NCBI GenBank assembly: GCA_965113315.1 | Contig: OZ220364.1 | Direction: 5' to 3' (one strand) | Source: Podarcis vaucheri | Taxonomy: Eukaryota | DNA: 64,000 nt | Shown here: positions 1 to 12,521 of the stretch, one piece after another | Layout of the letters: every line of letters starts with the position of its first letter | Position numbering within the stretch: position 1 is the first letter of the stretch | Notes under the pieces: generated by a model | Told to the model about the DNA's origin: nothing | Seen by the model: the letters and a program-made list of their open reading frames with translations, nothing else | Database searches by the model: none | Position numbers and translations under genes: made by a program

Positions 1-9
1 TCCTCTTAC

Positions 10-856
10 CTTTCGCTTCGTTGTCAGAATTTTCAGTGCTGGTGTCTGTGCATTTATTCATGTCCTTCTCAGTTTCCGACGAACTGATTTTGGCAGCGGG
101 GAGACTTTTTTCTGTTTTAATTTCGTTGGCGGACGTGTTCTGAGGGTTATCAGACTTTGCGTTGTCAGGGAAGCTGACTTTAGCTCCTGGTTGGGACAGT
201 GGTGGCGGTTGCTGCTGCTGTGGTTGCTGAGGTGGTGGTGGTGGTGGTGGTGGTGGTGGTGGAGGAGGTGGTGGTGGTTGTGGTGGTTGTTCAAGATGCT
301 CACTCCTTTGGCTGAGGCTCGCCCTGGGTTCAAAACTTGCCTCAAACTCGCTTGGGTTGCTGCAGTTTGATGCCTTTTCCATGGAGGAGTAACCTTGGCT
401 GGCTCGGTAGTAGCTGGGCACGGGGACTTCATGGTCATTTAGGCAAGGTTCAGGCATCTGATTGGGGTAGAGGGTCGCCTCAGTGGCGTTTTTTGCTCTT
501 TTGTCAGCATTGTACATACAGCAAGCATTTTCTTCCTTGACATTGGTTGGGAAAGAGCAGGAGGGGAGTTGTCTCGCAACAGGTTGTTCGATTCGGTAAG
601 TATTTTTGGGGTCACACCAGGTGTCTAGCTGAGAAAGGTAAGATGGATAGGTGTTGAGAGACAGGCTGGCGTTATTCACCTCGTCTCTTTTGGAAAGAGA
701 CGGGATAATTCCACAGTTCCTCATCATTCCACAGTTGAAGTCGTTCCCAGATTGCATATACATTCCTTGGTTAGAGGAATAATTCTCCCCTCTGCAGGTA
801 CCGGCTAACGAGTCCATCAAAAACGAGTTAGAAGTCACATTGTTGGGACATGACAT
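10..856 (-). CDS. HOXC10: Homeobox protein Hox-C10, coding exon 1 (intron and homeobox exon lie beyond the left edge)
   Basis: Manual translation from the ATG at 856 gives MSCPNNVTSNSFLMDSLAGTCRGENYSSNQGMYMQSGNDFNCG...VPVPSYYRASQ...KVSFPD...NEIKTEKS...ENSDNEAK. It is open for 847 nt (282 codons + 1) and ends at the donor G|GTAAGA (GT at 9-8). It is missing from the ORF track because it has no stop in the window. It lies downstream of HOXC11 as expected. Confidence 0.96.
200..289 (-). repeat. Coding (CCA/CAG)-type trinucleotide repeat encoding QPPQ-P16-QQPQQQQPPP in HOXC10
   Basis: (GGT)n/(GCT)n run on the + strand, in frame with HOXC10 exon 1. Confidence 0.93.
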
Positions 857-939
857 TTTCAGAGAGGGATTTTAAAGAGGAATACTACAGCCAGAGGCTG
901 ACATCTTTTTTTTAGGGAAAAATATCAGCACCATAATTA

Positions 940-1035
940 TCCACGCATTGGTCCCAACCACGTGACTGTCAGGCCAATGAGGATTGAAAATGGCCTTGAT
1001 GATTCAGACGCCGGTGACGTCACCGGGGTCAAGTT
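940..1035 (-). promoter_or_regulatory. HOXC10 proximal promoter
   Basis: E-box CACGTG at 959-964 and CCAAT at 974-978. TGGCCTTGA (TCAAGGCCA on the minus strand) lies at ~991-999. A CRE TGACGTCA sits at 1015-1022 within the perfect palindrome CCGGTGACGTCACCGG (1011-1026). Confidence 0.65.
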
Positions 1036-4000
1036 GTTGAGAGAGGAGAAAACCAGCGTGGAGCAACAGCGACATCTATCAGTTTCTGAAGGGTAGAGAA
1101 CCCAGGACCTTCACGTTGAACAAAGGAGAGAGACCCCCTTTTCCTCCAGTTTGTTTACCAATGAACGAACGCGTGTCTACAGCAGAGTGGGGGGGAAATA
1201 AAGGAAGCGAACGCGTAAATAGAAGCAAAGTCAAATTCAAATTAAAAGGTCAGCAAAAAATCCACCTTCATCTCCCACTCTTTTCTTTCATTCTTACCCT
1301 TTCTTTTTTTTCTCGCCTAACCCCTTAAGATAAGTCTAATTTCTTGTGGGCAAATAATTAATGAACCCCAAACCCCAAAAGAACTCCCCCGCCATCCCTT
1401 CTCCTTATATCGAATTTCTCTTTCTTTTTCGTTCTCTCCCTCTTTCTTCCCCCGCTCCCCACCCCAATAGCTAAACTTGAAATGCATGAAAACTGTTCCT
1501 TCAGACATTTTTTTTTTCATGTTTCAGAACTACTTTGGTAGCTTCATTTTGATTTGGAAAACAAGCAAACAAACCTCGCTATATTGAATGCAATTCCCTA
1601 AAGATGTAGGTCAAAGCACCTTGAGAAATCTGAAGCAGTGTCGTTAGGGTCACTTTATATTAAGTTCAGGTGTTTCTTGGGTGAGGAACCAGCTTAATAA
1701 CTGAAATGGCGACATTTTAGATTTTGTTTCATGCGAATCGTTCTTCCTAGTCTGTTATAAAATTGTTCTCTCCGTTGGTTTCTCTCTGGAGTACTTTTGT
1801 AAAAATATTTCCCCTGCAAATACTGAATGAAACGTTCTTCTCCTTTCTAACAACCCCCAAACCCGCAAACTTTCATCATTCCTGCTTTCATTGACGCAGA
1901 AGCTTTGCACAGGTTTGTTAATAAACTTCCCAAAATTGCATCAAAATTAATATAACAATGGGAGATAGCACAGAAGTATCCTCTACTCTTAGGGTATAAG
2001 TCTGGACATTCCCCACCCCTCTTCAGGAAATTACGACAATTAAATAGAATGAAATTTTAAAATATTGGGTATTTTAGGGGTGCTTTATTCAGCAGAAAGG
2101 TTGTCCGATCAAACACGGTTTTTTATTTGATCTTATATTCATTGATTAAACTCCAAGCAAATATCTATGTGTGTTTATTTCTTCTTAATTTCCCTACTCC
2201 AGTCTCGTTCAGTCTTTATGATCCTGTCTCCCTTCTCCTTCTCGCTTTCTCCCTCTCTTTTAAATTAACGATCTCAGAATAATAACTGGTATTACAGATA
2301 TAAAGATATGTTGAACGAGGTGCTTTCATTGTGCTGTTTCCTTTATTAGACGTTTTCTAAACAGGCTAGCAATTAAGCCAAATTATTATTTAGTGTATAT
2401 CAAATTGACTACACTGTTAGAATCCCGCTTTGACAATGATGTCTATAGTTTTGGGTGGTTGTGTGTGGTGTTTTTTTTAAAAGGAATCTGACACTTTGTG
2501 GCTAAATCCATGAAAAAGAGAGGAATAGTACTAGACCATGAGAATATTAATACTACCAATACTTATAATGGCAGCTGGAAACAGAATTAGCTAAACGGCT
2601 GGAATCTCAAGATCATTACGACGGATCTGAAACCTTTTAAAGAGTTCATAGTCATTCTCAAGGAGTGGGAGGGAAGGCTTTTCAAATAGAAGAGGAAAAC
2701 GGTGAGGAAAATTGAGCCAGAAAGTTTTGTAGGCTGTGGGGTTATGTGGAGAGAATTGAGGAACTTGACCAATTTCAGTAATGTATATTTTTGTGTTATT
2801 GTTTTAAATGCAGTGCTGGCTGGCCAAAGCCATCAGACCTTGACGACAATGTTTTCTACAACAACTGTTTTACAATTCCACTCGGCTGTTGCTTCGGAAG
2901 GGCTTGCAGCCTGCTGGCCCCCACCTTCAAAACCAGCCCCCTCCACATCTTCAAGGGTGAGAAGTTTTAATATCTTAGGCCAAGGAAGTCTTAAACCGCA
3001 TCATTCTATTTGTCTCAACCACCCCCACCCCCACCCCTGACCGCCCCACAATCCACCTCCACCCCGAAATACAGACACGCTAAAAGCTTTTTTTCCTGCA
3101 CTTTAAACGCCGTTTGCTTCCTCTGGAAAGCTATTTGAGACTTTATAGCCTCTATTTGTGTTATCTGCATAGGTCTTTTTAAAACAGTTTGATAGAAATC
3201 GTTCAGTTTTATGATATCCAACGAAAATTCCACATAATATTTATAAGCAAAGAATAAAACTTTAGCATGGGAACCAATACTTCCTCATTTATAGGTGATG
3301 AAATTAAAGACCAATGCAGTTTGGCATTATATGGCTTTTTCCCCGTTCTCTCCCTCCCCCACCCCTCCCCCACCCTTCCCTTCTTTATTTTTTTGCAGAT
3401 CATGTGGCTGACTCAATATTTTTAGGCTCTGAAGCCCTACACGTCTTCATATGTGCATTTTGTGGCGGGGGGGGGGGAGAGACCAGCATTTGACCCCGTT
3501 TCCTTCCCTGTGAGTGAAAATGAAAATGTGTTTCCAAGTCTTTTATATCCTTATTTACTGCTGTGCATTCTTGCTGTGTGTTATATTCCCCCTTTCTCTC
3601 TCACACACACGCATACTAGGAAGCAGGAAGAGGAATTTACAAACCGCACTGTGGTGAAACCTGTCAAATAATTTGATTTTTATCCTCTTCACAGATTCAC
3701 ACACCGCCAAGGAATTTTCAGTGGATGAGATGTTGTACCCATATCTCTGAAGACAAGATAGAGGGCGTTTTAAATGTGTGAAGATGATGAAGATAAAATA
3801 AAATGTTGTGGGTGGGTGGGTGTGTATACACACACACAAACATACACACACACACACACACACGTGTGTGTATATACTGGTGGTTTTGACTATCATTGTT
3901 TTCACTGAGGATTATTGACATATTCATACATATGTATTTTAAGGAGCGTAGGTGTCTCGGAAGTAATTTTTTAAAATGTAAAGCCATAGAGTTATTTAAT

Positions 4001-5330
4001 TCCAGGCGTCTCTTGTGGGCTTTGACGGTCAAAGTCTTACCCAAAATAAAACAACAGCCAGAGAGAAGGAGCGAGAGATGGTCATAGTAGATGGAGGGAC
4101 GTGGAGGAAAACCCGCTTCATCACAAACAGCGAAATGCGTATTTCCTGACATCATTCTAGGTCTGTTGATATCTGGCGGATCTGGCGCTGAAGGAATGCT
4201 GGGGAATGTCTCCAGGAGACCGAATATTGTTTAAAGTTAAAAATAATTAGAAGTATGATAAACATGGGTCATTAATGGGAAGAGAAATAAAATCCATCAG
4301 CCTAAGTAGAGCCCCCGTTGGGAAAAATGCTTTAGTCTAATTGCAGAAAATAAATACCAACAAATGCTATTAAAACTTAAAAAGGAGAAAGCCTGTGTGT
4401 GGAATAAAGACCTATAACAGCCTGCTCTGGGTTTTTACATTCCTTTGGAAATCAGGGTGGAAATGAAACATGCAATGCCCCTTATTAAAAAAAAAAAAGG
4501 AATGGAGGGGGGAAGAGGGTAAGAAGGATTGGGGTGGGTGGGGAAAATTATACATATGTAGACTTTAAGTTGGCTCACATGTAGAGTGGGGTTCGGCAGT
4601 GACTTATTCTCTTGCTTTGTGGCTACTTCGGTATGATTTCGCGGGAGTAAAAGCCAGGAAGTGGTTTTTTAAAAAGTCAAAGAGGAGTTAAAAAAAAATA
4701 ATTAGGGGATTTCTTCCTTCCTTTCTTCCCAGTGTCTGGACATATGAGGCAAACTGCAGACGGTCCTGCTATTGTCTTTGGTGTCTGATTGCTCTCTCTG
4801 TGAATGCCAAAGGCAGACAGTTCAGTTGACCCAAAAAGAGGGGGAGAGGAGCCTTGAAACCCGTCTCCCTTTGCTTTCCTAGAGCTTTGCTCTGGGATGG
4901 AGTCGGAGGGCACGCGGCTGCGAGGGGTTATGGGGTGGGTGGGAAACACAAACAGGCGCGCACACAGGCGCGCTGCCAGAGCACCACATTTCCCATAAAA
5001 ATCTAAAGAATTTTTCTCCCCAAAAAAAGCAAGCAAGGAAGAAAAAAGATGCACGTGTCCAATAATTCACGTAAAAGCACATCTCAAACTTGCACATAAT
5101 ATTTTACCTGTTCCCTTTTCCTTCTAATTATTTAACCGTGAGTTATGCGTGGAAAGTGTCTCTTACGTCCATTGTATTTTTTAACCAACTTCCCCCCCTT
5201 AACATTTTTATAGCGAGCATTCATTTTCGCTTCTAGGAAGTATTTGGTGGCAACACTTTAATGATTACCTTAAATTTGTATTTTTTCCCCCTGCCTGGTA
5301 TTATGCCCCTTGTTGTGGAGGAAATAATTC

Positions 5331-5340
5331 TGATTTATGG
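5331..5340 (+). promoter_or_regulatory. PBX-HOX composite site TGATTTATGG
   Basis: Exact match to the PBX/posterior-HOX heterodimer consensus; a single motif with no functional data. Confidence 0.35.
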
Positions 5341-8300
5341 CAAAGTACACTAGAGTACAATAACAGTGATGCAAAAATAAAGCCCACGCCTTTAGATGTT
5401 GGCTTAGAAACTGTAAACTATCACCACCAGAAATCTATCAAACTTTACAATCCCTCTTATACTGCTTCCTTCTTTCGGAGTAACTTAAGTCAAAGAATTA
5501 TGGAATGATATTATGTTCCTTGAGGTGGTATTGAAAAGTGCTCAAGTTATTTCTACCTCCAACATAGAATCTTCAGTCACCAAAAGACCGGCCTGGGGTT
5601 GGCCACCTTTCTTTGTTTTGCATGGTGGAGACCAAAGTTGTCCAGAGTTACTTCGTGGTGTTCACACACACCAGTGACAGTATTCAAGTTACTGCTCCTA
5701 TCTCTCTCCCTCTCTCTTTCTACGTGTGTGTATACAGTTACACATACCCCCAATGCACACAGAATGCAAAAAAAGGGAGTTTAAGCAATGTTAAAGATTG
5801 CATTGGGAACATCAAAGTCGCTGGGCCGCTGGCCTTATTCGTCAGGCTCTTCTTAACTAAAATCACACACTGAGAAGAGAAGCAATAATGCGAATATATT
5901 GCCTACTATTTGTTAGCATCTGATTTTTCCTGATACCGTTCCAATTTCAGCTTGAAGGGTGATGTGAAAAAAGCTTTGAATTTGGGCTGTGGGGATCTGG
6001 TCCTGATAGATGAGGGGATATCTATCTTTACACCTATCTGGCTTATGAATACTTTATTATTGCAAACTACTTCGTACAATTAGCTTGATAAGTTGACAAA
6101 GAAGCAGAGAAGGCTGAAGGGGGTCATATCATTCGAAGCTGCGTTTATTAGGAGAGAAACCATCGTACTATGCCTGGTATTTTCGAAAGATTTTCTGACT
6201 TGGTTCCATTATTGGGTTAAAGTGTGGTTCAATGGTTTTCAAAAATACGTGCTCATTTACACCGCTGCTACCTCTTTTTCTAAGAGAAATTTTAAAAAAT
6301 ACGAATGAAAGAAATAGTATTTTTCCCAGGGAAGAGAACAATGTTATATTCTTAGTGGGGAAGAAAAAAGAAAAACGCGCGGAATGAGAATTTTAGGATA
6401 CACAGAATTAGTTAATTACCTGTTTTTAAAACAACCCAAAGACAAACTAACGACAAAAGACCTCAGAAACTGCCTTTCTTCCAATGGCAGTATATAACCG
6501 GGCAGGCTATCGCATAAGATGTGCAAAAACACATTTCCCGATTATTTCGAAATATGTATTCTTTCCCTAGTTTTGCCCTCGGCTGTTAAAATTTATTAAT
6601 AGTGATACAGGTGTTGGAATCCTTTCTCCAAAGCGAGAAGCCGTCGGTTCAAATAAAACCTCGGCTATAAGTCCACCTAAAGTCTGTATCCTGCGTCGCT
6701 ATGTTCCAAAGATCTGTGGCACGACGTGTGGATGCTATTTCATTCAATTAGTTAACAATTCAGTATAGGTGTTTTCAATAGGAAGCGATAAGTGCTTCAG
6801 GGAGTTTAGTTATATATGCAAGCGCCCACACTACCATATCCTTAGTTGTAATGTTGATATCAGCCGCAGCCGCTGCTCATTTTTTAAGGTGCAATTTCTG
6901 TGAAAAAAAACTCGATCGGCACAAGGGTATCCAATTATTTTAGCAATCGTTTGAACCGAGACATAAGGTTTACATTAAAAACGTTTGAAAAGAATGGCTG
7001 CAGATGGGTCCGTACATGTATTGCTTAGATCAGCTCTTTTAAAATGTTGTCGACTTAATTTTAACCACGTAGAGAAGCATCTTTTTTTGTTCTGCTTTCA
7101 GTCCATAAACAACATTGATTGCTCATTTTATTATTTTATTTTTCGCCAGAATAAACATACATATACATTTTTTTTGGTACGGCTCCTATCAACAGCGTGA
7201 TCAATTTTCATTCGCTGCAGCAGAGATTCGAAAGTCTTCCGAGGCTGCAAGCCACATTCTTGTGGTTTCATGTTGTAATTCGGTGGTTATCAAAAGCAGA
7301 GAGACCTGCTTGGGTCTAACATATGTTGAACATCCGTATAGTTCGCAACTTTATTAAAAGAGTATAAACGAGGCCTTAATGAGACGCCATTTTAAGGGTG
7401 GTTTTTGTGGAAAATATATAGCAAGAATGATGGTGCATGATATAATGTGAAAGCCTGATCAATTTTGTTCTCAAAGTAAACTTCAGATTCATATAAGGAT
7501 TATCTAATTGGGGGGATTGAAAGTATGGAAGGATGTGGTGGGGAGCTATTTTTGCTGTATTGCTATCAATGCCATTCCCCACTGCATTCATACACAAATA
7601 CATATTAAAAAGAGGAAAAAATGGGCCTTATCATAGTCCACCTCCCCTTTATCCAATTTTGTGCCCATCAGATGTGCAAAGAAAGGCAGGAGACAAAATT
7701 AATCGTACATTCAATTATGCTTTTGGAGAGGAGGGGAGGGAGGTTGCTCTTAACGACCCACAAGAGTCTCTCGCCCTAGCAAAATGGGGGATCGCGGGGG
7801 CATTTTATTTACAGGCACGCAGGCATGGCTGGTTCTCTTCGTCGGGGGCTCGGAGGTGCCTCCTGCAGAAGTTACTTGCAAGCAGAGCGGCGAAAGTCAC
7901 CCCCCCTCCCCGAATCCACAACCAGGCGAAGAAGACCGGCTCAAGGCGATAGGAGCTTCAAGTCCACTTGCCAAAGCCACTGCCCCCTTTCTCTCCTCGA
8001 CAGGCTTCTCCAGGGTCCACTGAGGCCAAGTTTCCGAGCCCCAAAGTCCAAACTCTTTGCGGACCTCCAGTGGTGGTGGAAAGCTTTGCCCAGGGCAATT
8101 GGTCTGGCGGCTCTTTTGCTGGGTTGCTTAACAGGGTTGCTTTATTTACATGATGCCACCGGCGAGCAGGCTGCACAGTCAAGTTTATGTTTCTCAACTC
8201 CAGAACTCGGAGGAGGAGGAGTGTTCTCTGGGCTGCTGGGACCACTTGCCGAGAGGTGCGTGGGTTTGCATGCCCGTGAACTGCCATGTTCAACATACAA

Positions 8301-8873
8301 GCTGTAGCCTGCACAAACCACGCCAGACACACGCAGAAATACACCCGGACGCGCGCACATCTCCATCTCCCCCAGCTCTAGTGCCCACTGATGGTTGTGG
8401 TGGGGGGACCAGCTTGCACTTCGCAAACAAACGACAAACAGCAACAATAACAAAACGGGAGGACTTATTTCTTGCACTCCAGTTAACATTTAAAAACAGA
8501 ATAAGTCCTGCCCAGAATCCAGTTAAAAAACTCGCCCCTCACCTTCCTCACTCTGAGCTATATCTCCCAACAATGTCACCTCCTAGCAGCTTCCAATACG
8601 TTAAGGAGGGATTCCAGGCAGGGGGACAGGAAACAGGTTCGCTTAGCTGTGTGTTTGCACGTCACACCGAGAGGTCCTTCGCAATTAGCCTGTGTGCCAT
8701 TAACGTGGCTTTACACCGAGATCCCCAGCCTATGAGGGAGAGGACCTTATCCTGATGGACCTTCCGAGCGAGAAATAAAGTTGTCTTATGCAAAGCCCCA
8801 AATGCGTGCTAGGAATTTAGAGGGAGGAGGAAAAGAAGGAGGGGGGAGAGAGAGGGAGAGAGGAGAGGGGCAC

Positions 8874-8952
8874 TTGTAAAACTTTTATGCCAAACAAAGT
8901 TATAAAAACTTTCCATGCGTTAAGATATCAAAAGGTTTATAACAATAATAAA
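8874..8952. promoter_or_regulatory. Cluster of CDX/AbdB-type sites (TTTAT/TTTAC cores), candidate conserved non-coding element between HOXC11 and HOXC10
   Basis: GTAAAA, TTTTATG, TTATAAAA, TTTATAA and AATAAA within 80 bp, flanked by purine-rich runs. Confidence 0.45.
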
Positions 8953-8998
8953 GCTTGAATGTGTGCTGGTGTGTGTGTTTGTGAGAGAGGAGGGGAGG

Positions 8999-9011
8999 GA
9001 GAGAGAGAGAG

Positions 9012-9050
<39 letters not shown>
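8999..9050. repeat. (GA)n microsatellite
   Basis: Read directly from the sequence; one interruption. Confidence 0.95.
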
Positions 9051-9054
<4 letters not shown>

Positions 9055-9176
9055 TAATATTCTAGCAATATTAAATCGCTGAGCAACTGAGTTAAATATT
9101 AAGTACCATAAACACCAGTCTTGGTTCGAAATCGGTATTTGTAATGTGTGAGTCCATATATATTCAAATGGGTGTC

Positions 9177-9204
9177 GTGTGTGTGTGTGTGTGTGTGTGT
9201 GTGT
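9177..9204. repeat. (GT)n microsatellite
   Basis: Read directly from the sequence. Confidence 0.95.
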
Positions 9205-9871
9205 ATCCCACACCCACAAACCCACACCCACGTATCGCCGCCTGCTGCTGGACTCTTAACTCAGTAGGCGGGAACATTTTAAAAAAACGAAAAAAGAATC
9301 TGAAGGCCTTTCTGATTCCGGTTTATTACAAAAGGGTTAAAGGTGATGGACTTGACTCCATTGAAGTTCAAAGACATCATATATTCACATTTTTTGTTGT
9401 TGTTCTTGTGGTCTTCGTCTCTCCCCCCCCCCAAAAAAAAAAAACCACAATGCAACCAACATAACGCTAGCGTATAAAGTACAGTTGGCTATTAGGCTAT
9501 ATTGCCGCTAGATGCCTCGACTTTGGGAAGGGAAGGAAGGCAGAAGGCTAAAAAAATTACACCCCTGCTCCTAAATGGTACCCCCTCACTCCCCTAGCTA
9601 AATAGTCCCCTTCCAAAAGAAAAAGGAAAAACCCCGAAGAACATTAACGGGTTATCCCTACCTCGCACTGCTGCTTAATACCCTTGTAAAGTCCCACATG
9701 GTCTATAAACTTGGATTTTACAACTGGCATTCCATTTTAGCTCGAGAAAACTTTGAACTAGGCCTCCAGTTTCATTGTGTCGCAGCCCCAGCCAAAGACG
9801 TGGAAAAGGAGGTGGGATGGGGGGGCGGAGAGGAGAGGAGAGGAGAGGAGAGGGGGAAAGTTAGGAGTCAG

Positions 9872-9874
<3 letters not shown>

Positions 9875-9915
<41 letters not shown>
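9875..9915. repeat. (GT)n microsatellite
   Basis: Read directly from the sequence. Confidence 0.95.
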
Positions 9916-9916
<1 letters not shown>

Positions 9917-11837
9917 AAGGGGTGGGGGGGACTGGAAGAAAGCTAAGCAAAGACACCCTTATTTGTTTACTATTTACTGCGGAAGTCTTTTTCTATGGCC
10001 AGACGGTGGTAATTAAGGAAAAATTAAGCTGTTTAGTGCTGCAGTCTTTATTACAATGTCTAGACTAGTCGCCCCCTTTGTCCAGACAACGGCCGCAGTC
10101 ACGGGGTATTGACTGGACTTTCTGACCTGGCGATGTGCACCTTATTGCACCTATGTTTTAAGTTTCTCCCTAACCTTGGAAAAGTTTAGAAGTCGCCCAT
10201 TAAAGAGAGGCGGGCGCCTTTCTCCCCCATCAGAAAGACGCGCCATTTTGTTTCCTCTGTATTCCCCGCGTGTGAGTGGGGTGGTTTTGGCTCCACTTTT
10301 CTCCTAAGGGCTGTTTCGGACCTTCTTTGGTCCACCTTGGGTTCCAATGCACTTCCCACACCCTTCTGTGCTCTGGGCACCACAAACCAAAGAATCACCC
10401 GTGACAAGGACATATTTACAGTAGACCTTGATTGTCTAATCCAAGGAAGAGGGAGGTTATAGGCCCTACATCCGTATTCGCCAGACTCTTCAGGGAACAA
10501 CCGCACCACCACACACACGCACCAGGAGGAAGAAGGGAGAAAAACAGATAAATGCAAAAATAAAGCAGCTTCCATCCCGTGTATGTATATGTCTGCATGT
10601 CTGTTTATATACAAACACGCACATACCCCTATTATTATACATAATCTTTCCCCCTTATCTCTTCTAATGAGAAACATTCCTGTTAACATAACCCTTTCAG
10701 ATAGCATCATGGCGAACTGGAAGATGGATCTATCAAGGAAGCTAAAGTTTCTTTTCTCTCTGCCTCTTTTCTTGCAAACGAAGCACATTTTTGTGGGTTT
10801 TCCCGTCGCTGACAAATCAAACCGAAAAGGCAACATCAAAGTATTTGCATTGCAAATGGTTGCATTTAGAAGCAACCCGTGAGGAACTCACATTGCCTGT
10901 GAAGGAGAATATAATTTTGTTACTGCTTGCCCTTTAAGCTAGAGACACCTTCAGACACCAAATGTGAGTAACACTAGGATTCGTCAAGAATGAATTGGTA
11001 GATTTAGAGTAGGAGACAGACTGACCATTCAGAATTGTTATATTCTCCACCACCACACAAAATTTAAAAAATACATTCAACTAGTGAAAGCGTCTTCCTG
11101 CGCATTTTCTTATCGCTGTGAAGAAAATTACATTTATTTAACGGAGGGAGGAGTTGTAAACGCAAAATTGCGCTTCTGTCCCTATGTCTGTGAGTTGAAC
11201 TTGTTTTTGTTTAAGAGAAGGAATTAAGTACTTGACTTTGCATTTGTGCATTGCAAGAGGCAAAAGGGGAGGGGGAGGTACTTTATCCTTGACATTACGA
11301 AAATTTCCGCTTCTTTTGTGTTTGCAATCAGAGATGCGCTCATTAGCAGACATCACATTAGTTGTGCTTTTTAAAAAGAAAAAAGGGGGAAAAGCACGTT
11401 GCAATATTGCTCATTAAGCACCAATTTCAGCATATTGCAATATATTTCTCTTCCAGGGTGGGGTGGGGGAAAAGGGAAAAGAAATAAAAAGATTAACTAC
11501 ATTGGGAAAACAGACAAAGACATCTGGAGCCAAGCACAGGGCTGTATTATTGGGCCAAGAAATTCCTATAAATTTGAATGCAATGATGAAAACAATGAAC
11601 TCCACAACAAATGTCTAGTTAAACGCAGAAGGTTCATATTAATTTGGCTATATCATATCGCATACGCATGTGTGCGTATATATATATATGTATGCATGCG
11701 TAGGTACACACACACACACAATTTAACCATTTGGCCATAGGAAAGTCCATGCCACGTTGACCGCAATGAGTCTTTTAAGAGGGAAATACTAATAAAATGG
11801 TCAAATAAAATCATAATGTAGAACAGCTTGAAATGTC

Positions 11838-11843
11838 TTTATT
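11838..11843 (-). terminator. Candidate HOXC11 polyadenylation signal AATAAA (a second copy at 11898-11903)
   Basis: About 1 kb after the stop codon and followed by U-rich sequence on the minus strand. Confidence 0.5.
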
Positions 11844-12482
11844 TGCCACAGAATTTCACAGAGTTTCCCGGGATTCACTTCTTTACATACACAAAGATTT
11901 ATTTATAATTGTGGTTGTTACTGTTGTTCTTGTTCTTGCTGCTGCAGTTTGGTCTCCCACGTCCAGGAAAGAAAGGAAAAAAAGCATTTACATACCATTT
12001 AAGAGACAGTTATTGCGAATTTATTGTAGTCCATTCCCCATTCCTCCCCCCCCGCCCATCCCCCACCCCTACCCTCTCTCCAGATGCAAAGAGGGGAAGA
12101 AAGAAAAAAAAATCAAACCTGGGACTGCATAGAATATGAATATATAAAAGATACATGAGGGAATCAATGGAAATCACATCCTTATAGTGATACCAATTCT
12201 TGGACAGGTTATTTAAATTAGATTTCAATGAACAACAGTCCTTGGCATGTACAGCAGTGGAACCCTGATGGAGTGGAGTGCGTGTGCACGGATGAACACG
12301 TGTGGGTAGACACACACACACACACACATATCTGCACGCACACTCAGACAAAGCCCTCCTCCCAACCGAAGACTTTGGGAGGCGCTTTTGCGTAGATGCA
12401 TCATCAACTTGCATATCAAAATAAGGAGAAGTAGGTGCATACTGTCGTGAACACAGCACTGTAGTTTCCTCCATCGAACATA

Positions 12483-12520
<38 letters not shown>
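12483..12520. repeat. (GAT)n microsatellite in the HOXC11 3' UTR
   Basis: Read directly from the sequence. Confidence 0.95.

Positions 12521-12521
<1 letters not shown>

Noticed and set aside
58-438. 126-aa poly-His ORF in the ORF track
   Set aside because: It is an alternative reading frame of the HOXC10 CCA repeat; the conserved frame is the Pro/Gln one.
7262-7276. GTGGTTTCATGTTGT, similar to part of mature miR-196a
   Set aside because: It is on the wrong strand relative to the Hox genes, lacks the seed and has no convincing hairpin. miR-196a is expected between HOXC10 and HOXC9, outside this window.
10186-10875. 229-aa ORF on the Hox strand
   Set aside because: It has a non-ATG start, a low-complexity composition and no recognisable domain, so it is probably a chance ORF.
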